Shown: positions 1 through 11,935, counted from the first letter of the stretch. The stretch is 64,000 nucleotides of DNA from an uncultured beta proteobacterium (GCA_903920695.1 CAIXNB010000231.1:4580-68579); one strand, 5' to 3'. Numbers and translations are program-made. Notes: a model not told the origin generated them from the letters alone.

Positions 1-1172
1 TCGACGACTTCCTCGACATCCTGGCACGCCCCGAACGCGTCTCAACCATCATCAGTGAAGAACTCACGGCCATCAAGACCGAGTTTGGCCAGACCAAACT
101 GGGCGCGCGCCGCAGTCAGGTGGAATACAGCTCCTTTGACCTTTCAACGGAGGATCTGATCACGCCGACCGACATGGTGGTCACGCTCTCGCATAGCGGC
201 TACATCAAGAGCCAGCCGCTGAGCGAATACCGGGCCCAGAAGCGTGGCGGCCGCGGCAAACTGGCCACGGCCACCAAGGAAGACGACTGGGTTGATCAGC
301 TCTTCATCGCCAACACGCACGACTACATCCTGTGCTTCAGCAACCGGGGCCGCTTGTACTGGCTCAAGGTCTGGGAGGTGCCGCAAGGCGCGCGCGGTTC
401 GCGCGGACGCCCGATCGTCAACATGTTCCCGCTGACCGAGGGTGAAAAGATCACCGTGGTATTGCCACTGACCGGCGAAAAACGCAGCTTCCCGGGCGAC
501 CAATATGTTTTCATGGCAACCCGCATGGGCACGGTCAAAAAGACCGCACTGGACGAATTCAGCAACCCGCGCAAGGCCGGCATCATCGCAGTAGACCTGG
601 ACGACGGCGACTTCCTGATCGGCGCCTCACTCACCGACGGCCAGCATGACGTCATGTTGTTCAGCGACGGCGGCAAGGCTGTGCGCTTCGACGAAAACGA
701 TGTGCGTCCGATGGGCCGCCAGGCGCGTGGCGTGCGCGGCATGACGCTCGAAGAAGGCCAGGGCGTGATCGCCATGCTGGTGGCCGAGGACGAGCAGCAA
801 AGTGTGCTGACCGCCACCGAAAACGGCTACGGCAAGCGCACCGGCATCACCGAGTACACGCGCCACGGACGCGGTACCAAGGGCATGATTGCCATAACGC
901 AGTCTGAGCGCAACGGCAAGGTTGTGGCGGCCACACTGGTCCACGCCGACGATGAGATCATGCTGATCACGGACCGCGGCGTGCTGGTGCGCACCCGGGT
1001 CAGCGAGATTCGCGAACTCGGTCGCGCCACGCAAGGCGTGACCCTGATCGGGCTCGATGAAGGCGCCAAGCTCAGCGGCCTGCAGCGCATCGTCGAGAAT
1101 GACGCCAATCCGATCATGGATGACACTGCGGCTGACGGCGACGATGAAGGCAGCAGCGACAGCGCAACCTGA
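1..1172 (+). CDS. gyrA: DNA gyrase subunit A, C-terminal part (5' end lies outside the window)
   Basis: Frame 3 is open from the window edge to the stop at 1170-1172 ([29 protein letters not shown] precedes the first Met at 120). The translation shows the repeated GyrA C-terminal beta-pinwheel blades ([42 protein letters not shown]) and an acidic tail. Confidence 0.9.
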   Translation, partial: DDFLDILARPERVSTIISEELTAIKTEFGQTKLGARRSQVEYSSFDLSTEDLITPTDMVVTLSHSGYIKSQPLSEYRAQKRGGRGKLATATKEDDWVDQLFIANTHDYILCFSNRGRLYWLKVWEVPQGARGSRGRPIVNMFPLTEGEKITVVLPLTGEKRSFPGDQYVFMATRMGTVKKTALDEFSNPRKAGIIAVDLDDGDFLIGASLTDGQHDVMLFSDGGKAVRFDENDVRPMGRQARGVRGMTLEEGQGVIAMLVAEDEQQSVLTATENGYGKRTGITEYTRHGRGTKGMIAITQSERNGKVVAATLVHADDEIMLITDRGVLVRTRVSEIRELGRATQGVTLIGLDEGAKLSGLQRIVENDANPIMDDTAADGDDEGSSDSAT

Positions 1173-1245
1173 TCAGCCGTATTGTGTAGCTGGTGTGGCG
1201 CCAGTTGAAGCCAAGCCGTGGTCCTATCAAACAGATGATTTTTTG

Positions 1246-2337
1246 ATGATTCGTCCTTTCAATTTTTCGGCCGGACCGGCCGTCATGCCGCAGGAAGTCC
1301 TGACCGAAGCTGCAGCCGAAATGCTGGACTGGCACGGCAGCGGCATGAGCGTGATGGAGATGAGCCACCGCGGCAAGGAATTCATCTCGATCTACGAACA
1401 GACGCAGGCTGATCTGCGCGAATTGCTGGCAGTACCGGATCACTTCAAGATCCTGTTCATGCAAGGCGGTGGCCTGGCCGAGAATGCCATCGTGCCGCTG
1501 AACCTGGCCCGCGCCGGCACCATCGACTTCGTGCTCACCGGCAGTTGGAGCCAGAAGTCGCACAACGAGGCGCGCAAGTACGCTACAGTCAAGGTCGCCG
1601 CCAGCAGCGAAGCCGATGGCTTCACCACTCTGCCCAACCCGGCCACCTGGCAACTGAGCCAGGACGCCAGCTACCTGCACATCTGCAGCAACGAGACGAT
1701 TCACGGCGTCGAATACCAGGAACTGCCAGACCTCAAGGCGCTCGGATCCGATGCACCATTGGTCGTTGATTTTTCGTCACAGGTCGCATCGCGCCCAGTC
1801 GACTGGTCACGCATCGGCCTGGCGTTTGGCGGCGCGCAGAAGAACCTGGGGCCAGCCGGGCTGACGCTGGTGGTGGTGCGGGAAGACCTGCTCGGGCAGG
1901 CGCTACCGGTCTGTCCGAGCGCGTTCAACTACAAAATGGTGGCCGACAACCAGTCGATGTACAACACGCCACCAACCTATGCCATCTACATCGCCGGACT
2001 GGTGTTTCAGTGGCTCAAGCGCCAGGGTGGTATCGCGGCCATGGAAACGCGCAACAAGGCCAAGGCCGAATTGCTCTACCACGCTATTGACAACTCCCAG
2101 CTCTACCTGAACAAGGTCGCCCGGAGCTGCCGCTCACGCATGAACGTGCCATTCTTTTTGCGCAACGAAAGTCTTAACGATGCCTTTTTGAGCGGCGCAC
2201 GCGAGCATGGTCTGCTGCAGCTCAAGGGCCACAAATCGGTGGGCGGCATGCGCGCCAGCATTTACAACGCATTGCCCCTCGAAGGCGTGCAAGCGCTGGT
2301 GGACTACATGCGCAAATTCGAGCAAACCCGAGCCTGA
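1246..2337 (+). CDS. serC: phosphoserine aminotransferase
   Basis: The ATG at 1246 gives the typical SerC N-terminus [18 protein letters not shown]. The PLP-lysine region [18 protein letters not shown] is present. The track start at 1057 overlaps gyrA and is an upstream extension. Confidence 0.9.
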   Translation: MIRPFNFSAGPAVMPQEVLTEAAAEMLDWHGSGMSVMEMSHRGKEFISIYEQTQADLRELLAVPDHFKILFMQGGGLAENAIVPLNLARAGTIDFVLTGSWSQKSHNEARKYATVKVAASSEADGFTTLPNPATWQLSQDASYLHICSNETIHGVEYQELPDLKALGSDAPLVVDFSSQVASRPVDWSRIGLAFGGAQKNLGPAGLTLVVVREDLLGQALPVCPSAFNYKMVADNQSMYNTPPTYAIYIAGLVFQWLKRQGGIAAMETRNKAKAELLYHAIDNSQLYLNKVARSCRSRMNVPFFLRNESLNDAFLSGAREHGLLQLKGHKSVGGMRASIYNALPLEGVQALVDYMRKFEQTRA

Positions 2338-2340
2338 ACG

Positions 2341-3441
2341 ATGACAACACCCGCCACCGCCCTTCCGAGTCTGTCCGAGCTACGCGTCCAGATCGACACC
2401 ATTGATCAACAACTGCTGCTGCTGCTCAACAGCCGCGCACTGGTTGCGGAAAAAGTCGGTGAAGTCAAGAAGCGCGAAGGCACAGCATTTTTCCGGCCGG
2501 ATCGCGTGGCGCAGGTGATTGAAAAAATCCAGTTCGCCAATCCGGGGCCGCTGAAAAACCCGCACGTGGCGGCCATCTGGCGCGAAATCATGTCGGCCTG
2601 CCTGGCGCTGGAAGCGCCGCAACGCGTCGCCGTGCTGGGCCCGGCCGGCACTTTTTGCGAGCAGGCGGCGATCGAATTTTTTGGCGGTGCCGCTGACCTG
2701 ATCTACTGCGCCAACTTCGACGAAGTCTTCCACGCCACGGCCGCTGGCAGCGCGCAGTACGGCGTGGTGGGCGTCGAGAACTCGACCGAAGGCATGGTGG
2801 CCAGAACGCTCGACCTGTTCCTGCATTCGCCAACCCATGTGATCGGCGAAGTCACGCTGCTGGTGCGGCACAACCTACTGCGACTGGAGAATTCGCTCGA
2901 CGGCATCGAGGTGGTGCTGGCCCATCCGCTGGCCTTGGCGCAGTGCCAAGCCTGGTTGTCCAAACACTTGCCGCACGCCGAGCGCCGACCGGTTTCGAGC
3001 AACGCTGAAGGTGCGCGGCTCGCCACCACCAACCCGGCCTGGGCCGGGTTGGCCAGCGAGCGCGCGGCCACCCAGTTCGGCTTGCACATCGCAGCCCATG
3101 CCATTCAGGACGATGCCTACAACCGCACGCGCTTTGCCATCATCTGTCTGCCGCAAACCGTGGACACACCGCCGCCATCCGGCAACGACTGCACCAGCCT
3201 GGTGGTGTCGGTGCCGAACCGCCCCGGCGCCGTGCACGACCTGCTGATTCCGCTGAAGAATCATGGTGTGTCAATGACACGTTTTGAATCGCGCCCGGCG
3301 CGCACCGGTCAGTGGGAATACTATTTTTACATCGACATCCAGGGTCACCCGGCACAGCCACACGTTGCGCTGGCGCTCAACGAACTGCAAGCGCTATGCG
3401 CCTTCTACAAGGTGCTGGGCACCTACCCGGTGACGGAGTAA
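2341..3441 (+). CDS. pheA: bifunctional chorismate mutase / prephenate dehydratase (P-protein)
   Basis: Three regions are visible: an N-terminal type II chorismate mutase helix (LSELRVQIDTIDQQLLLLLNSRALVAEKVGEVK), a prephenate dehydratase core (RVAVLGPAGTFCEQAA) and a C-terminal ACT region (TSLVVSVPNRPGAVHDLL, TRFESRP). Confidence 0.9.
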   Translation: MTTPATALPSLSELRVQIDTIDQQLLLLLNSRALVAEKVGEVKKREGTAFFRPDRVAQVIEKIQFANPGPLKNPHVAAIWREIMSACLALEAPQRVAVLGPAGTFCEQAAIEFFGGAADLIYCANFDEVFHATAAGSAQYGVVGVENSTEGMVARTLDLFLHSPTHVIGEVTLLVRHNLLRLENSLDGIEVVLAHPLALAQCQAWLSKHLPHAERRPVSSNAEGARLATTNPAWAGLASERAATQFGLHIAAHAIQDDAYNRTRFAIICLPQTVDTPPPSGNDCTSLVVSVPNRPGAVHDLLIPLKNHGVSMTRFESRPARTGQWEYYFYIDIQGHPAQPHVALALNELQALCAFYKVLGTYPVTE

Positions 3442-3489
3442 CCATGTGCCGACACGCCCGCATGCATTGGCAGCCTATCGGGAGTCCTG

Positions 3490-4362
3490 ATGTTTGAGCA
3501 ACTCGCCATCATCGGTTGTGGTTTGATGGGCGGCTCGTTCGCGCTGGCACTCAAGCGTGCCGGGCTCGTGAAAAGGGTCGTCGGTTACAGCAAATCACCC
3601 ACCACCACAGCGCGCGCGCATCAGATGGGCGTCATTGATGTTGAGGCCGCCTCGGCTCTAGAAGCAGTTGCAGGGTCCGATATCGTGCTGATCGCGGTAC
3701 CGGTGGCGGCCACCGAGGCCACCTTCAAAACCATCCAGCCCCTGGTAACGCCCGAGATGCTGATCATGGATGTGGGCTCGACCAAACGCGATGTGGTTGA
3801 CGCCGCGCGCCGCGCCTTGCGCGAGAAGGTTGGCTCCTTCGTGCCCGCCCATCCGATTGCCGGCAAAGAGGTTTCCGGCGTTGAGCATTCGGACGTCGAC
3901 CTGTATCAGGGTCGGCAATTGATCCTGACACCGATCGAACGTACCCAGGCACGCCAGTTGCAGCAAGCGGTCGACGTCTGGACCGCGCTCGGCAGTCGCG
4001 TCGTCAAGATGTCGCCCGAGTCGCATGATGCCGCCTTTGCCGCCGTCAGCCACCTGCCGCACCTGATTTCGTTTGCCTTTATGAATGCGATTGCGGGTCA
4101 GCCGCAGGGCCAGGACTATCTGTCGCTGGCCGGCCCGGGCTTTCGCGATTTCTCGCGGATTGCCGCCAGCGACGCCAAGGTCTGGCGCGACATCATGATG
4201 TCGAACCGCGAGGAGTTGCTGGCACAGACAAAAATCTTCCAGCTCAACCTGCAGGCGATCGAACTGATGATCGCCAGCGGCAACAGCGAAGCCCTGGAAG
4301 GCTTGATTGACCAGGCTAGTCTGGCCCGCTCCCACTGGCGCATGGTGCAGCAGCAAAAATAA
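3490..4362 (+). CDS. tyrA: prephenate (arogenate) dehydrogenase
   Basis: Rossmann motif [14 protein letters not shown] and the dehydrogenase core HPIAGKE / [17 protein letters not shown]. It sits in the pheA-tyrA-aroA aromatic amino acid cluster. Confidence 0.85.
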   Translation: MFEQLAIIGCGLMGGSFALALKRAGLVKRVVGYSKSPTTTARAHQMGVIDVEAASALEAVAGSDIVLIAVPVAATEATFKTIQPLVTPEMLIMDVGSTKRDVVDAARRALREKVGSFVPAHPIAGKEVSGVEHSDVDLYQGRQLILTPIERTQARQLQQAVDVWTALGSRVVKMSPESHDAAFAAVSHLPHLISFAFMNAIAGQPQGQDYLSLAGPGFRDFSRIAASDAKVWRDIMMSNREELLAQTKIFQLNLQAIELMIASGNSEALEGLIDQASLARSHWRMVQQQK

Positions 4363-6368
4363 TGTTTTCGACCGAATTTCTTGATATCCCCCACCTGACG
4401 CTGGCCGGCGGCACGATTGTCCTGCCGGGCTCCAAGAGCATCTCCAACCGCCTGCTGCTACTCGCAGCGCTGAGCCAGGGCACAACCACGCTACACGACT
4501 TGCTTGACTCGGACGACACGCGCGTCATGCTCGAGGCCCTGCGTGTGCTTGGTTGCAGCGTGAGCCAAAACGGCACCACAACAGAGATCAACGGCCTGGG
4601 CGGTCAGCCGAGCAACCGGACAGCGAAGCTCTTCATGGGCAACGCCGGTACCGCCATCCGTCCACTCACCGCGGCCTTGGCCGTGATGGGGGGCGACTAC
4701 GAACTTAGCGGCGTGCCACGCATGCATGAGCGTCCGATTGGCGATCTGGTGGACGCCTTGCGCCAGCTCGGTTGCCAGATCGACTACCTGGGGCAGGACG
4801 GTTATCCGCCGCTGCGCATCGGACAACCGGCTTTGCGGCTCGACGCGCCGATTCGCGTTCGTGGTGATGTCTCCAGCCAGTTTCTGACCGCGCTGCTTAT
4901 GGCGCTGCCGCTGGTGGCGCAGCAGGATATCGTGATCGAAGTCGTTGGCGAATTGATCTCGCGCCCCTATATCGAAATCACGCTGAACCTGCTGGCACGC
5001 TTTGGCATTTCTGTGCAGCGCGATGGCTGGCAACGCTTCACCATTCCCGCCGGTAGCCAGTTCCAGTCGCCTGGCACACTGCACGTCGAGGCTGATGCCT
5101 CTTCTGCCAGCTACTTCATCGCGCTGGGCGCCATCGCAGCAAGCGCCAAGGGGCAAAGCGGCATTCGGATCGAGGGCGTCGGCGCCAACTCGATCCAGGG
5201 TGACATCCGCTTCATTGAGGCCGCGCAGATGATGGGAGCCCAGGTGCACAGCGGAGCGAACTGGCTTGAAGTGTCACGCGGCAGTTGGCCACTCAAGGCC
5301 ATCGACCTTGATTGCAATCACATCCCCGATGCCGCCATGACGCTGGCCGTAATGGCCTTGTACGCGCAGGGCACGACAACGCTGCGCAACATCGCGAGTT
5401 GGCGCGTCAAGGAAACTGATCGCCTGAGCGCCATGGCCAGCGAGTTGCGCCAGCTCGGCGCCAAGGTGGAAGAAGGCGCAGACTTCATCCGCATCACGCC
5501 ACCTGCGAGCAGCGCCGACTGGGAGGCCGCGCGCATCCATACCTACGACGATCACCGGATGGCCATGTGTTTTTCGCTCGCGGCCTTCAATCCGGCGCGG
5601 CACGCCGTGCGCATTGACGACCCAAAATGTGTTGCCAAGACTTTCCCCGACTACTTCGAGGCGCTTTTTTCACTGGCCTGCGCGCCCATCGAATCGATCC
5701 CGGTGATTTGCGTCGATGGCCCGACCGCCTCCGGCAAAGGCACGCTGGCGGCGGCCCTGGCCAAGGCGCTGGGTTACCACTTTCTGGATTCCGGCTCACT
5801 CTACCGCATCACGGCGCTGGCTGCTACGCAGGCCGGTCTGACCCTGGACGGCGCACATGAGCAAGCCATCGCACAGCTGGTGGGAACGCTGGCCATCGAG
5901 TTTTCCCAGGACCGGGTCTGTCTCAAGGGCATCGATGTCAGCGACGCCATCCGGACCGAAGCGTCCGGCATGAATGCGTCGAAAGTCTCAGCACTGCCGC
6001 TGGTGCGTTTGGCCCTGATCGGCCTGCAGCACAGCTTTCGCAAGCTGCCGGGACTGGTGGCAGACGGGCGCGACATGGGCACCGTGATCTTCCCGAACGC
6101 CCAGCTCAAGGTGTTTTTGACAGCGGATGCCGAACAGCGCGCGCAAAGGCGTCATAAACAATTGATTTCAAAGGGAATTTCAGCTACAATCGACGCTCTT
6201 CGCGCCGACCTGGAAGCACGCGATGCGCGGGATTCGTCCCGCAGCGTTGCACCTCTCAAGCCGGCACAGGACGCCCGGTTACTGGACAACTCGGATTTGT
6301 CGATTGAAGAATCGCTCAATCTGGTGTTGAACTGGTGGCAGGACAAACAAGCTTTCGGCAAGCGCTGA
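4362..6368 (+). CDS. aroA: fused 3-phosphoshikimate 1-carboxyvinyltransferase (EPSP synthase) / cytidylate kinase
   Basis: One uninterrupted 668-codon frame. Residues ~1-435 carry EPSP synthase motifs ([53 protein letters not shown]). Residues ~445-668 are cytidylate kinase (P-loop [25 protein letters not shown]). The ATG overlaps the tyrA stop (TAATG). Confidence 0.9.
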   Translation: MFSTEFLDIPHLTLAGGTIVLPGSKSISNRLLLLAALSQGTTTLHDLLDSDDTRVMLEALRVLGCSVSQNGTTTEINGLGGQPSNRTAKLFMGNAGTAIRPLTAALAVMGGDYELSGVPRMHERPIGDLVDALRQLGCQIDYLGQDGYPPLRIGQPALRLDAPIRVRGDVSSQFLTALLMALPLVAQQDIVIEVVGELISRPYIEITLNLLARFGISVQRDGWQRFTIPAGSQFQSPGTLHVEADASSASYFIALGAIAASAKGQSGIRIEGVGANSIQGDIRFIEAAQMMGAQVHSGANWLEVSRGSWPLKAIDLDCNHIPDAAMTLAVMALYAQGTTTLRNIASWRVKETDRLSAMASELRQLGAKVEEGADFIRITPPASSADWEAARIHTYDDHRMAMCFSLAAFNPARHAVRIDDPKCVAKTFPDYFEALFSLACAPIESIPVICVDGPTASGKGTLAAALAKALGYHFLDSGSLYRITALAATQAGLTLDGAHEQAIAQLVGTLAIEFSQDRVCLKGIDVSDAIRTEASGMNASKVSALPLVRLALIGLQHSFRKLPGLVADGRDMGTVIFPNAQLKVFLTADAEQRAQRRHKQLISKGISATIDALRADLEARDARDSSRSVAPLKPAQDARLLDNSDLSIEESLNLVLNWWQDKQAFGKR

Positions 6369-6457
6369 AAGCTCCCGGCCCACCTCAGCCTTCTCGCGCA
6401 GCTAGCGCACTGCTGGTGTGGTTCAAAAAACTAACCCGCGGATTTTCCGCAAACAAA

Positions 6458-8143
6458 ATGTCTGAATCTTTTGCCGCCCTTTTTGAAGAATCCCTGAAAC
6501 GCACCGAAATGCGCCCGGGCGAAGTCATCACTGCTGAAGTGATCCGTATCGAGCACAGCTTTGTGGTCGTCAATGCCGGCCTCAAGTCCGAAGCCTATGT
6601 GCCGCTCGAAGAGTTCAAGAGTGACAAGGGCGAAATCGAAGTCCAGGTCGGCGACTTCGTGTCGGTGGCCATTGGCTCCATCGAAAACGGCTATGGCGAC
6701 ACCATCCTGTCGCGCGACACCGCCAAGCGTCTGGCCTCGTGGATGAGCCTGGAAAAGGCCCTGGAAACCGGCGAATTCGTCACCGGCACCACCAGCGGCA
6801 AGGTCAAGGGCGGCCTGACCGTTCTGGTCAATGGCATCCGCGCCTTCCTGCCGGGCTCGCTGGTTGACACGCGTCCGACCAAGGACCTGTCTCCGTACGA
6901 AAACAAGACCCTGGAATTCAAGGTCATCAAGCTCGACCGCAAGCGCAACAACGTCGTGTTGTCACGCCGCGCCGTGGTGGAAGCCAGCATGGGCGAAGAA
7001 CGCGCCAAGCTGATGCAGACCCTCAAGGAAGGTTCTGTGGTGCAAGGCGTTGTGAAGAACATCACTGAATACGGCGCGTTCGTTGATCTGGGCGGCATCG
7101 ACGGCCTGCTGCACATCACCGACATGGCATGGCGCCGCGTGCGTCACCCAAGCGAAGTGGTGACGGCTGGTCAGGAAATCACAGCCAAGATCCTGAAGTT
7201 CGACACCGAAAAGAACCGTGTCTCGCTCGGTCTCAAGCAGATGGGCGACGATCCCTGGATGGGCGTCAACCGTCGCTACCCGCAAGGCACACGCATGTTC
7301 GGCAAGATCACCAACATCGCCGACTACGGCGCGTTTGTGGAACTCGAACCCGGCATCGAAGGCCTGGTGCACGTCAGCGAGATGGACTGGACCAACAAGA
7401 ACGTGGCACCGTCCAAGATCGTGGCGCTCGGCGACGAAGTCGAAGTCATGGTCCTCGAGATCGACGAAGACAAGCGCCGCATCAGCCTGGGCATGAAGCA
7501 GTGCAAGGCCAACCCGTGGCAGGAATTCGCGCAGAACACCAAGCGCGGCGACCGCGTCAAGGGCCCGATCAAATCGATCACCGATTTCGGCGTCTTTGTC
7601 GGCCTGGCTGCCGGCATCGACGGTCTGGTTCACCTGTCTGACCTGTCCTGGAACGAGCCCGGCGAAACCGCCGTGCGCGAATACAAGAAGGGCCAGGAAG
7701 TTGAAGCCCTGGTGCTGGCGGTTGACGTCGACCGCGAACGCATCTCGCTCGGTATCAAGCAGCTCGACTCCGATCCGTTCACTACCTTTGCCACCATCAA
7801 TGACAAGGGCCAGGTTGTGACCGGCAAGGTCAAAACGGTTGACGCCAAGGGCGCTGAAATCGACCTCGGCGATGACATCATCGGCTACCTGCGCGCCTCG
7901 GAAATCTCGCGTGACCGCGTGGAAGACGCACGCAACGTGCTCAAGGAAGGCGACGAAATCACCGCTGTGGTGGTCAACGTGGATCGCAAGACACGTAACA
8001 TCCAGTTGTCGATCAAGGCGAAGGATGCTGCAGACCAGAGCGAGGCCATGGCCACTCTGAGCCAGCAGTCGGCCCGTGAAAATGCTGGCACCACCAGCCT
8101 GGGCGCTTTGCTGCGCGCCAAGCTGGACAACAACGAAAAGTAA
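6458..8143 (+). CDS. rpsA: 30S ribosomal protein S1
   Basis: ATG at 6458 ([15 protein letters not shown]). Six S1 OB-fold repeats with recurring motifs ([53 protein letters not shown]). The track start at 6335 is an extension overlapping aroA/cmk. Confidence 0.95.
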   Translation: MSESFAALFEESLKRTEMRPGEVITAEVIRIEHSFVVVNAGLKSEAYVPLEEFKSDKGEIEVQVGDFVSVAIGSIENGYGDTILSRDTAKRLASWMSLEKALETGEFVTGTTSGKVKGGLTVLVNGIRAFLPGSLVDTRPTKDLSPYENKTLEFKVIKLDRKRNNVVLSRRAVVEASMGEERAKLMQTLKEGSVVQGVVKNITEYGAFVDLGGIDGLLHITDMAWRRVRHPSEVVTAGQEITAKILKFDTEKNRVSLGLKQMGDDPWMGVNRRYPQGTRMFGKITNIADYGAFVELEPGIEGLVHVSEMDWTNKNVAPSKIVALGDEVEVMVLEIDEDKRRISLGMKQCKANPWQEFAQNTKRGDRVKGPIKSITDFGVFVGLAAGIDGLVHLSDLSWNEPGETAVREYKKGQEVEALVLAVDVDRERISLGIKQLDSDPFTTFATINDKGQVVTGKVKTVDAKGAEIDLGDDIIGYLRASEISRDRVEDARNVLKEGDEITAVVVNVDRKTRNIQLSIKAKDAADQSEAMATLSQQSARENAGTTSLGALLRAKLDNNEK

Positions 8144-8152
8144 TCAACTTGT

Positions 8153-8207
8153 GGGACAGACCACGCGACGCGGCAAGACCGCACGCATGCTCTGTCCCCA
8201 ACTGATT
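8153..8207 (+). repeat. intercistronic hairpin element, copy A (GGGACAGACC-N26-GCTCTGTCCCCAACTGATT)
   Basis: An 8-bp inverted repeat GGGACAGA/TCTGTCCC plus a conserved 3' tail CCAACTGATT, ending ~8 nt before the ihfB ATG. A second copy with near-identical arms and tail lies at 62008-62049. Confidence 0.6.
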
Positions 8208-8214
8208 TGTCAAC

Positions 8215-8508
8215 ATGACTCGCTCTGATCTGGTCGAAGAACTGGCTGCCCGATTCAGCCAGCTCACCCACCGCGATGCCGAGTTCGCCGTCAAGGCCAT
8301 TCTCGACGCGATGAATGACGCCATGGTGCGCGGACATCGCATTGAGATCCGTGGTTTCGGCAGTTTCTCCATCAATCACCGCCCCCCCCGCATTGGACGC
8401 AACCCGCGCAGCGGCGCCAGCGTTGCCGTTCCCGAAAAGCGTGTGCCGCACTTCAAGCCGGGTAAGGCCCTGCGCGAAGCCGTGGATCAGCGCACGGCCG
8501 AACTCTAG
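8215..8508 (+). CDS. ihfB: integration host factor subunit beta
   Basis: A 97-aa HU/IHF fold: [11 protein letters not shown], the beta-arm [21 protein letters not shown], and [13 protein letters not shown]. The position after rpsA is conserved in proteobacteria. Confidence 0.95.
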   Translation: MTRSDLVEELAARFSQLTHRDAEFAVKAILDAMNDAMVRGHRIEIRGFGSFSINHRPPRIGRNPRSGASVAVPEKRVPHFKPGKALREAVDQRTAEL

Positions 8509-8546
8509 GCTTGGCCGTTAGAATCGACCCGTCACTGGGAAGATCA

Positions 8547-8825
8547 ATGAAAAACCTCTTGTGGCTGCTTAAGTGGGGACTGAAAGCTGCCATATTTTTT
8601 ACCCTGTTTGCCTTCGCACTGAACAACCAGCAGGACACCACGGTGCACTTCTTCTTCGGTACCCAGTGGCGTGCGCCGCAGGTTCTGATCGTGCTGAGCA
8701 CCTTCACCGCCGGCGTCGCTGTCGGCGTACTGGGCATGGTGCCGCGCTGGTGGAAACAGCGTCGCGCTGCAGCCGACAAGCAGCCCGTGCCAAACACGCC
8801 ATCGATGGTCCCGCATGAACTTTGA
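8547..8825 (+). CDS. lapA: lipopolysaccharide assembly protein A (DUF1049 small inner-membrane protein)
   Basis: Two predicted TM helices (AAIFFTLFAFALN; VLIVLSTFTAGVAVGVLG). It lies directly between ihfB and lapB. I chose the ATG at 8547 (MKNLLWLLKW); 8511 is also possible. Confidence 0.7.
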   Translation: MKNLLWLLKWGLKAAIFFTLFAFALNNQQDTTVHFFFGTQWRAPQVLIVLSTFTAGVAVGVLGMVPRWWKQRRAAADKQPVPNTPSMVPHEL

Positions 8826-9972
8826 CCTGAGCTGGATCCTGCTGGGTCTGCCATTGGCCTTTGGCCTGGGCTGGCTGGCCTCGCGTCTCGATCTGCGCCA
8901 GTTGCGGATTGAAAATCGCCAAGCCCCAAAAGCCTATTTCAAAGGCCTGAATTTCCTGCTCAACGAACAGCAGGACCAGGCCATCGACGCCTTCATCGAA
9001 GCCGTGCAGAACGATCCGGACACCTCGGAATTGCACTTTGCCCTGGGCAACCTGTTCCGCCGGCGTGGCGAATATGAACGTGCCGTGCGGGTTCATGAGC
9101 ATCTGCTCTCGCGTGGCGACCTGAGCCTGGCGGACCGGCAGCGCGCCCAACATGCACTGGCACTCGATTTTCTGAAAGCCGGTCTGATTGACCGCTCCGA
9201 AGCGGCCCTGCTGAAACTCGAAGGAACACCGTTTGAAGCACAGGCGCGGCTGGCACTGCTGGCCAACTATGAGCGCAGCCGTGACTGGCCGCAAGCGGCA
9301 CAGATCGCCCAAAAGCTGACCGATGCCAAGCAGGGTGACTTCCATGGCCGCCTGGCGCACTACCTGTGCGAGCAAGCGGCTGCCTGCATCACCAAGCACC
9401 AGCCGGACCAAGCGCAAACTCTGCTGCAGGAGGCGATAAGCACTGCGCCGGCTGCTGCACGGCCACGCATTGACCTGGCCAGACTATTGGCAAATCAAGG
9501 CAAGTCTGGCGATGCCTACACTGTCATCGAGAAAGTGCTGCAGACCTCGCCGTTGGCGACACCACTGGTGGCAGGATTACTGGCCGAATTTGCACTGGCC
9601 AGCGGTCATTCACCGCAGGCACTCGAATTGCTCAAGGCCCATTACGAAAACACCCCCTCACTCGATGTGCTCGACGCCATCGTGGCGCTGGAAGCCAGCC
9701 AGAGCGGTCCGGCGCCAAGCGCGCGCGACTGGTACGTGCGTCATCTGGAACACGAGCCCTCGCTGGTCGCAGCCGCCAAATGGATCGCCGGCGAGAAACT
9801 TGAGCACGAACAATTCCACCCGCAGGTGCAACGGGCGCTCGACCATGCCGTGAAGCCCTTGCTGCGCTACCGCTGCGCCGCTTGCGGTTTTGAGGCCAAA
9901 CAGCATTTCTGGCAGTGCCCTGGCTGCCAGGCCTGGGACAGCTACCCGACGCGACGGGTCGAAGAATTGTGA
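8815..9972 (+). CDS. lapB: lipopolysaccharide assembly protein B (TPR + rubredoxin-like zinc finger)
   Basis: An N-terminal TM helix (LSWILLGLPLAFGLGWLA), TPR repeats and the C-terminal motif CAACGFEAKQHFWQCPGCQAWDSY. It overlaps the lapA 3' end by 11 nt. Confidence 0.85.
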   Translation: MNFDLSWILLGLPLAFGLGWLASRLDLRQLRIENRQAPKAYFKGLNFLLNEQQDQAIDAFIEAVQNDPDTSELHFALGNLFRRRGEYERAVRVHEHLLSRGDLSLADRQRAQHALALDFLKAGLIDRSEAALLKLEGTPFEAQARLALLANYERSRDWPQAAQIAQKLTDAKQGDFHGRLAHYLCEQAAACITKHQPDQAQTLLQEAISTAPAAARPRIDLARLLANQGKSGDAYTVIEKVLQTSPLATPLVAGLLAEFALASGHSPQALELLKAHYENTPSLDVLDAIVALEASQSGPAPSARDWYVRHLEHEPSLVAAAKWIAGEKLEHEQFHPQVQRALDHAVKPLLRYRCAACGFEAKQHFWQCPGCQAWDSYPTRRVEEL

Positions 9973-9989
9973 TCAATCAAAACAACGCC

Positions 9990-10919
9990 ATGATCATCAC
10001 CAGAGAAAGATTATCCCAAGCCCGCGTCCTCGTCGTCGGCGACGTCATGCTGGACCGCTACTGGTATGGCTCGGTCGACCGCATCTCGCCTGAAGCGCCG
10101 GTGCCCATCGTACGCATCACGCGCGAAGAAGAACGCAATGGCGGCGCCGCCAATGTGGCCTACAACGTGGTGACGCTGGGTGCGCAAGCATCGCTGTTGA
10201 CCGTCGTCGGTCAGGACGAGGCCAGCCACAAACTGGAAGCCTTGTTGCTGGGAACCGGTATCCGCGCGCACTTTGGACACGACCCTGATCTGAAGACAAC
10301 GGTCAAATTGCGGGTGATCGGACGCCAGCAGCAATTGCTGCGGCTTGATTTCGAAAACACCCCAAAAACCGAAATACTGGCATCGCAGAGTGCGGCGTTC
10401 GCAGAACTGCTGCCGCAGCACGATTCGGTTCTGTTTTCAGACTACGGCAAGGGCGGCCTGGCCCATGTCAGCGACATGATTGCGCGCGCGCGCAGCGCCG
10501 GCAAACCGATCCTGATCGACCCCAAGGGCTCCGATTACTCACGCTACCGCAATGCCACGGTCATCACCCCGAACCGCGTCGAATTGCAGCAGGTTATCGG
10601 GCCCTGGCAGGACGAGTGCGATCTGCAGACCAAATGCCACAACCTGCGCCAGCAGCTCGGTCTGGACGCCGTCCTGCTGACCCGTAGCGAGGAAGGCATG
10701 ACGCTGTTTGATGACCAGGGGCAATTGCACGTGAGTACCCAAGCGCGCGAAGTGTTCGACGTCACGGGCGCTGGCGATACCGTCATCGCCACCATGGCCA
10801 CCCTGGTGGCAGCCGGCGTGTCCCTGCGTCAGTCGCTGCCGCTGGCGAACCGCGCTGGCGGCCTGGTGGTTGGCAAGTTTGGTACGGCCACAGTTTCTTA
10901 TGAGGAGTTGTTTGCATGA
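9990..10919 (+). CDS. hldA: D-glycero-beta-D-manno-heptose-7-phosphate kinase (RfaE domain I, PfkB family)
   Basis: [22 protein letters not shown] and the C-terminal DVTGAGDT PfkB signature. Only the kinase half of HldE is present. ATG at 9990; the track start at 9915 overlaps lapB. Confidence 0.8.
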   Translation: MIITRERLSQARVLVVGDVMLDRYWYGSVDRISPEAPVPIVRITREEERNGGAANVAYNVVTLGAQASLLTVVGQDEASHKLEALLLGTGIRAHFGHDPDLKTTVKLRVIGRQQQLLRLDFENTPKTEILASQSAAFAELLPQHDSVLFSDYGKGGLAHVSDMIARARSAGKPILIDPKGSDYSRYRNATVITPNRVELQQVIGPWQDECDLQTKCHNLRQQLGLDAVLLTRSEEGMTLFDDQGQLHVSTQAREVFDVTGAGDTVIATMATLVAAGVSLRQSLPLANRAGGLVVGKFGTATVSYEELFA

Positions 10920-11935
10920 CCCGCATCGTCGTCACCGGCGCCGCCGGCTTCATTGGCAGCAACCTCGTCAAAGGTCTCAATGCGCGCGGGATCGATGACA
11001 TCATCGCCGTCGATGATCTGACGCACGGCGACAAATTTCGCAACCTGGCCGACCTCGGAATCTCGGACTACGTCGATGCCGACGCTTTCTACGACCTGTT
11101 CACACAGGGCGCCTTTGGCCGCGTCGAAGCAGTATTTCACGAAGGCGCCTGCAGCGACACCATGGAGAGCGACGGCAAGTACATGATGGCCAACAACTAC
11201 AGCACGTCGGTCAAGTTGTTCCAGGCCTGCCGGCAGCACGGCACGCGCTTGTTGTACGCGTCAAGCGCCGCCACCTACGGTGGCTCCGATACCTTTCGCG
11301 AAGAACCGGCGTTTGAGCGGCCGCTCAATGTTTACGGCTACTCCAAGCTACTGTTTGACCAGCGCATGCGACGCGAGTGCGGCAGCGATTTTCAACGCGT
11401 ACTGCCGGGCAAGGCCGGGCAGGTAGTGGGCTTTCGCTACTTCAATGTGTACGGTCCGCGCGAGCAGCACAAGGGCCGCATGGCCAGCGTCGCCTTTCAT
11501 CAATTCAACCAGTTTGCAGCCGATGGCAAGGTCAAGCTGTTTGGAGACTACGGCGGTTATGCTCCGGGCGCGCAATTGCGTGACTTCGTCTTCATTGACG
11601 ACGTGGTGGCTGTCAATCTGTGGTTCCTCGAACACCCGGAAGTCTCAGGCATCTTCAACTTGGGCAGCGGTCGCGCACAGCCCTTTAACGACGTTGCCTG
11701 TTCGCTGGTGAACGCGCTGCGCAGCCAGCGCGGCCAGCCCGAACTGCCGATAGAGGCGATGGTGGCATCGGGACTAATCGAGTACACCGCCTTCCCGGAC
11801 GCACTGCGTGGCAAATACCAGTGCTACACCCAGGCTGACCTGAGCGCCTTGCGTGCGGCTGGCTGTGACCACGCCTTCAACGACGTGCAGACCGGTGTCT
11901 CACGCTACGCGCAGTGGCTGGCCAGCCAAATCTGA
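10916..11935 (+). CDS. hldD: ADP-glyceromanno-heptose 6-epimerase
   Basis: Extended SDR fold: GAAGFIGSN and the catalytic [13 protein letters not shown] overlap with hldA. Heptose pathway context. Confidence 0.9.
   Translation: MTRIVVTGAAGFIGSNLVKGLNARGIDDIIAVDDLTHGDKFRNLADLGISDYVDADAFYDLFTQGAFGRVEAVFHEGACSDTMESDGKYMMANNYSTSVKLFQACRQHGTRLLYASSAATYGGSDTFREEPAFERPLNVYGYSKLLFDQRMRRECGSDFQRVLPGKAGQVVGFRYFNVYGPREQHKGRMASVAFHQFNQFAADGKVKLFGDYGGYAPGAQLRDFVFIDDVVAVNLWFLEHPEVSGIFNLGSGRAQPFNDVACSLVNALRSQRGQPELPIEAMVASGLIEYTAFPDALRGKYQCYTQADLSALRAAGCDHAFNDVQTGVSRYAQWLASQI

Noticed and set aside
8144-8214. rpsA-ihfB intergenic hairpin considered as a simple rho-independent terminator.
   Set aside because: The stem is short with a 30-nt loop and has no following T-tract. 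The second near-identical copy at 62008 argues for a repeated element instead; it is reported as a finding.
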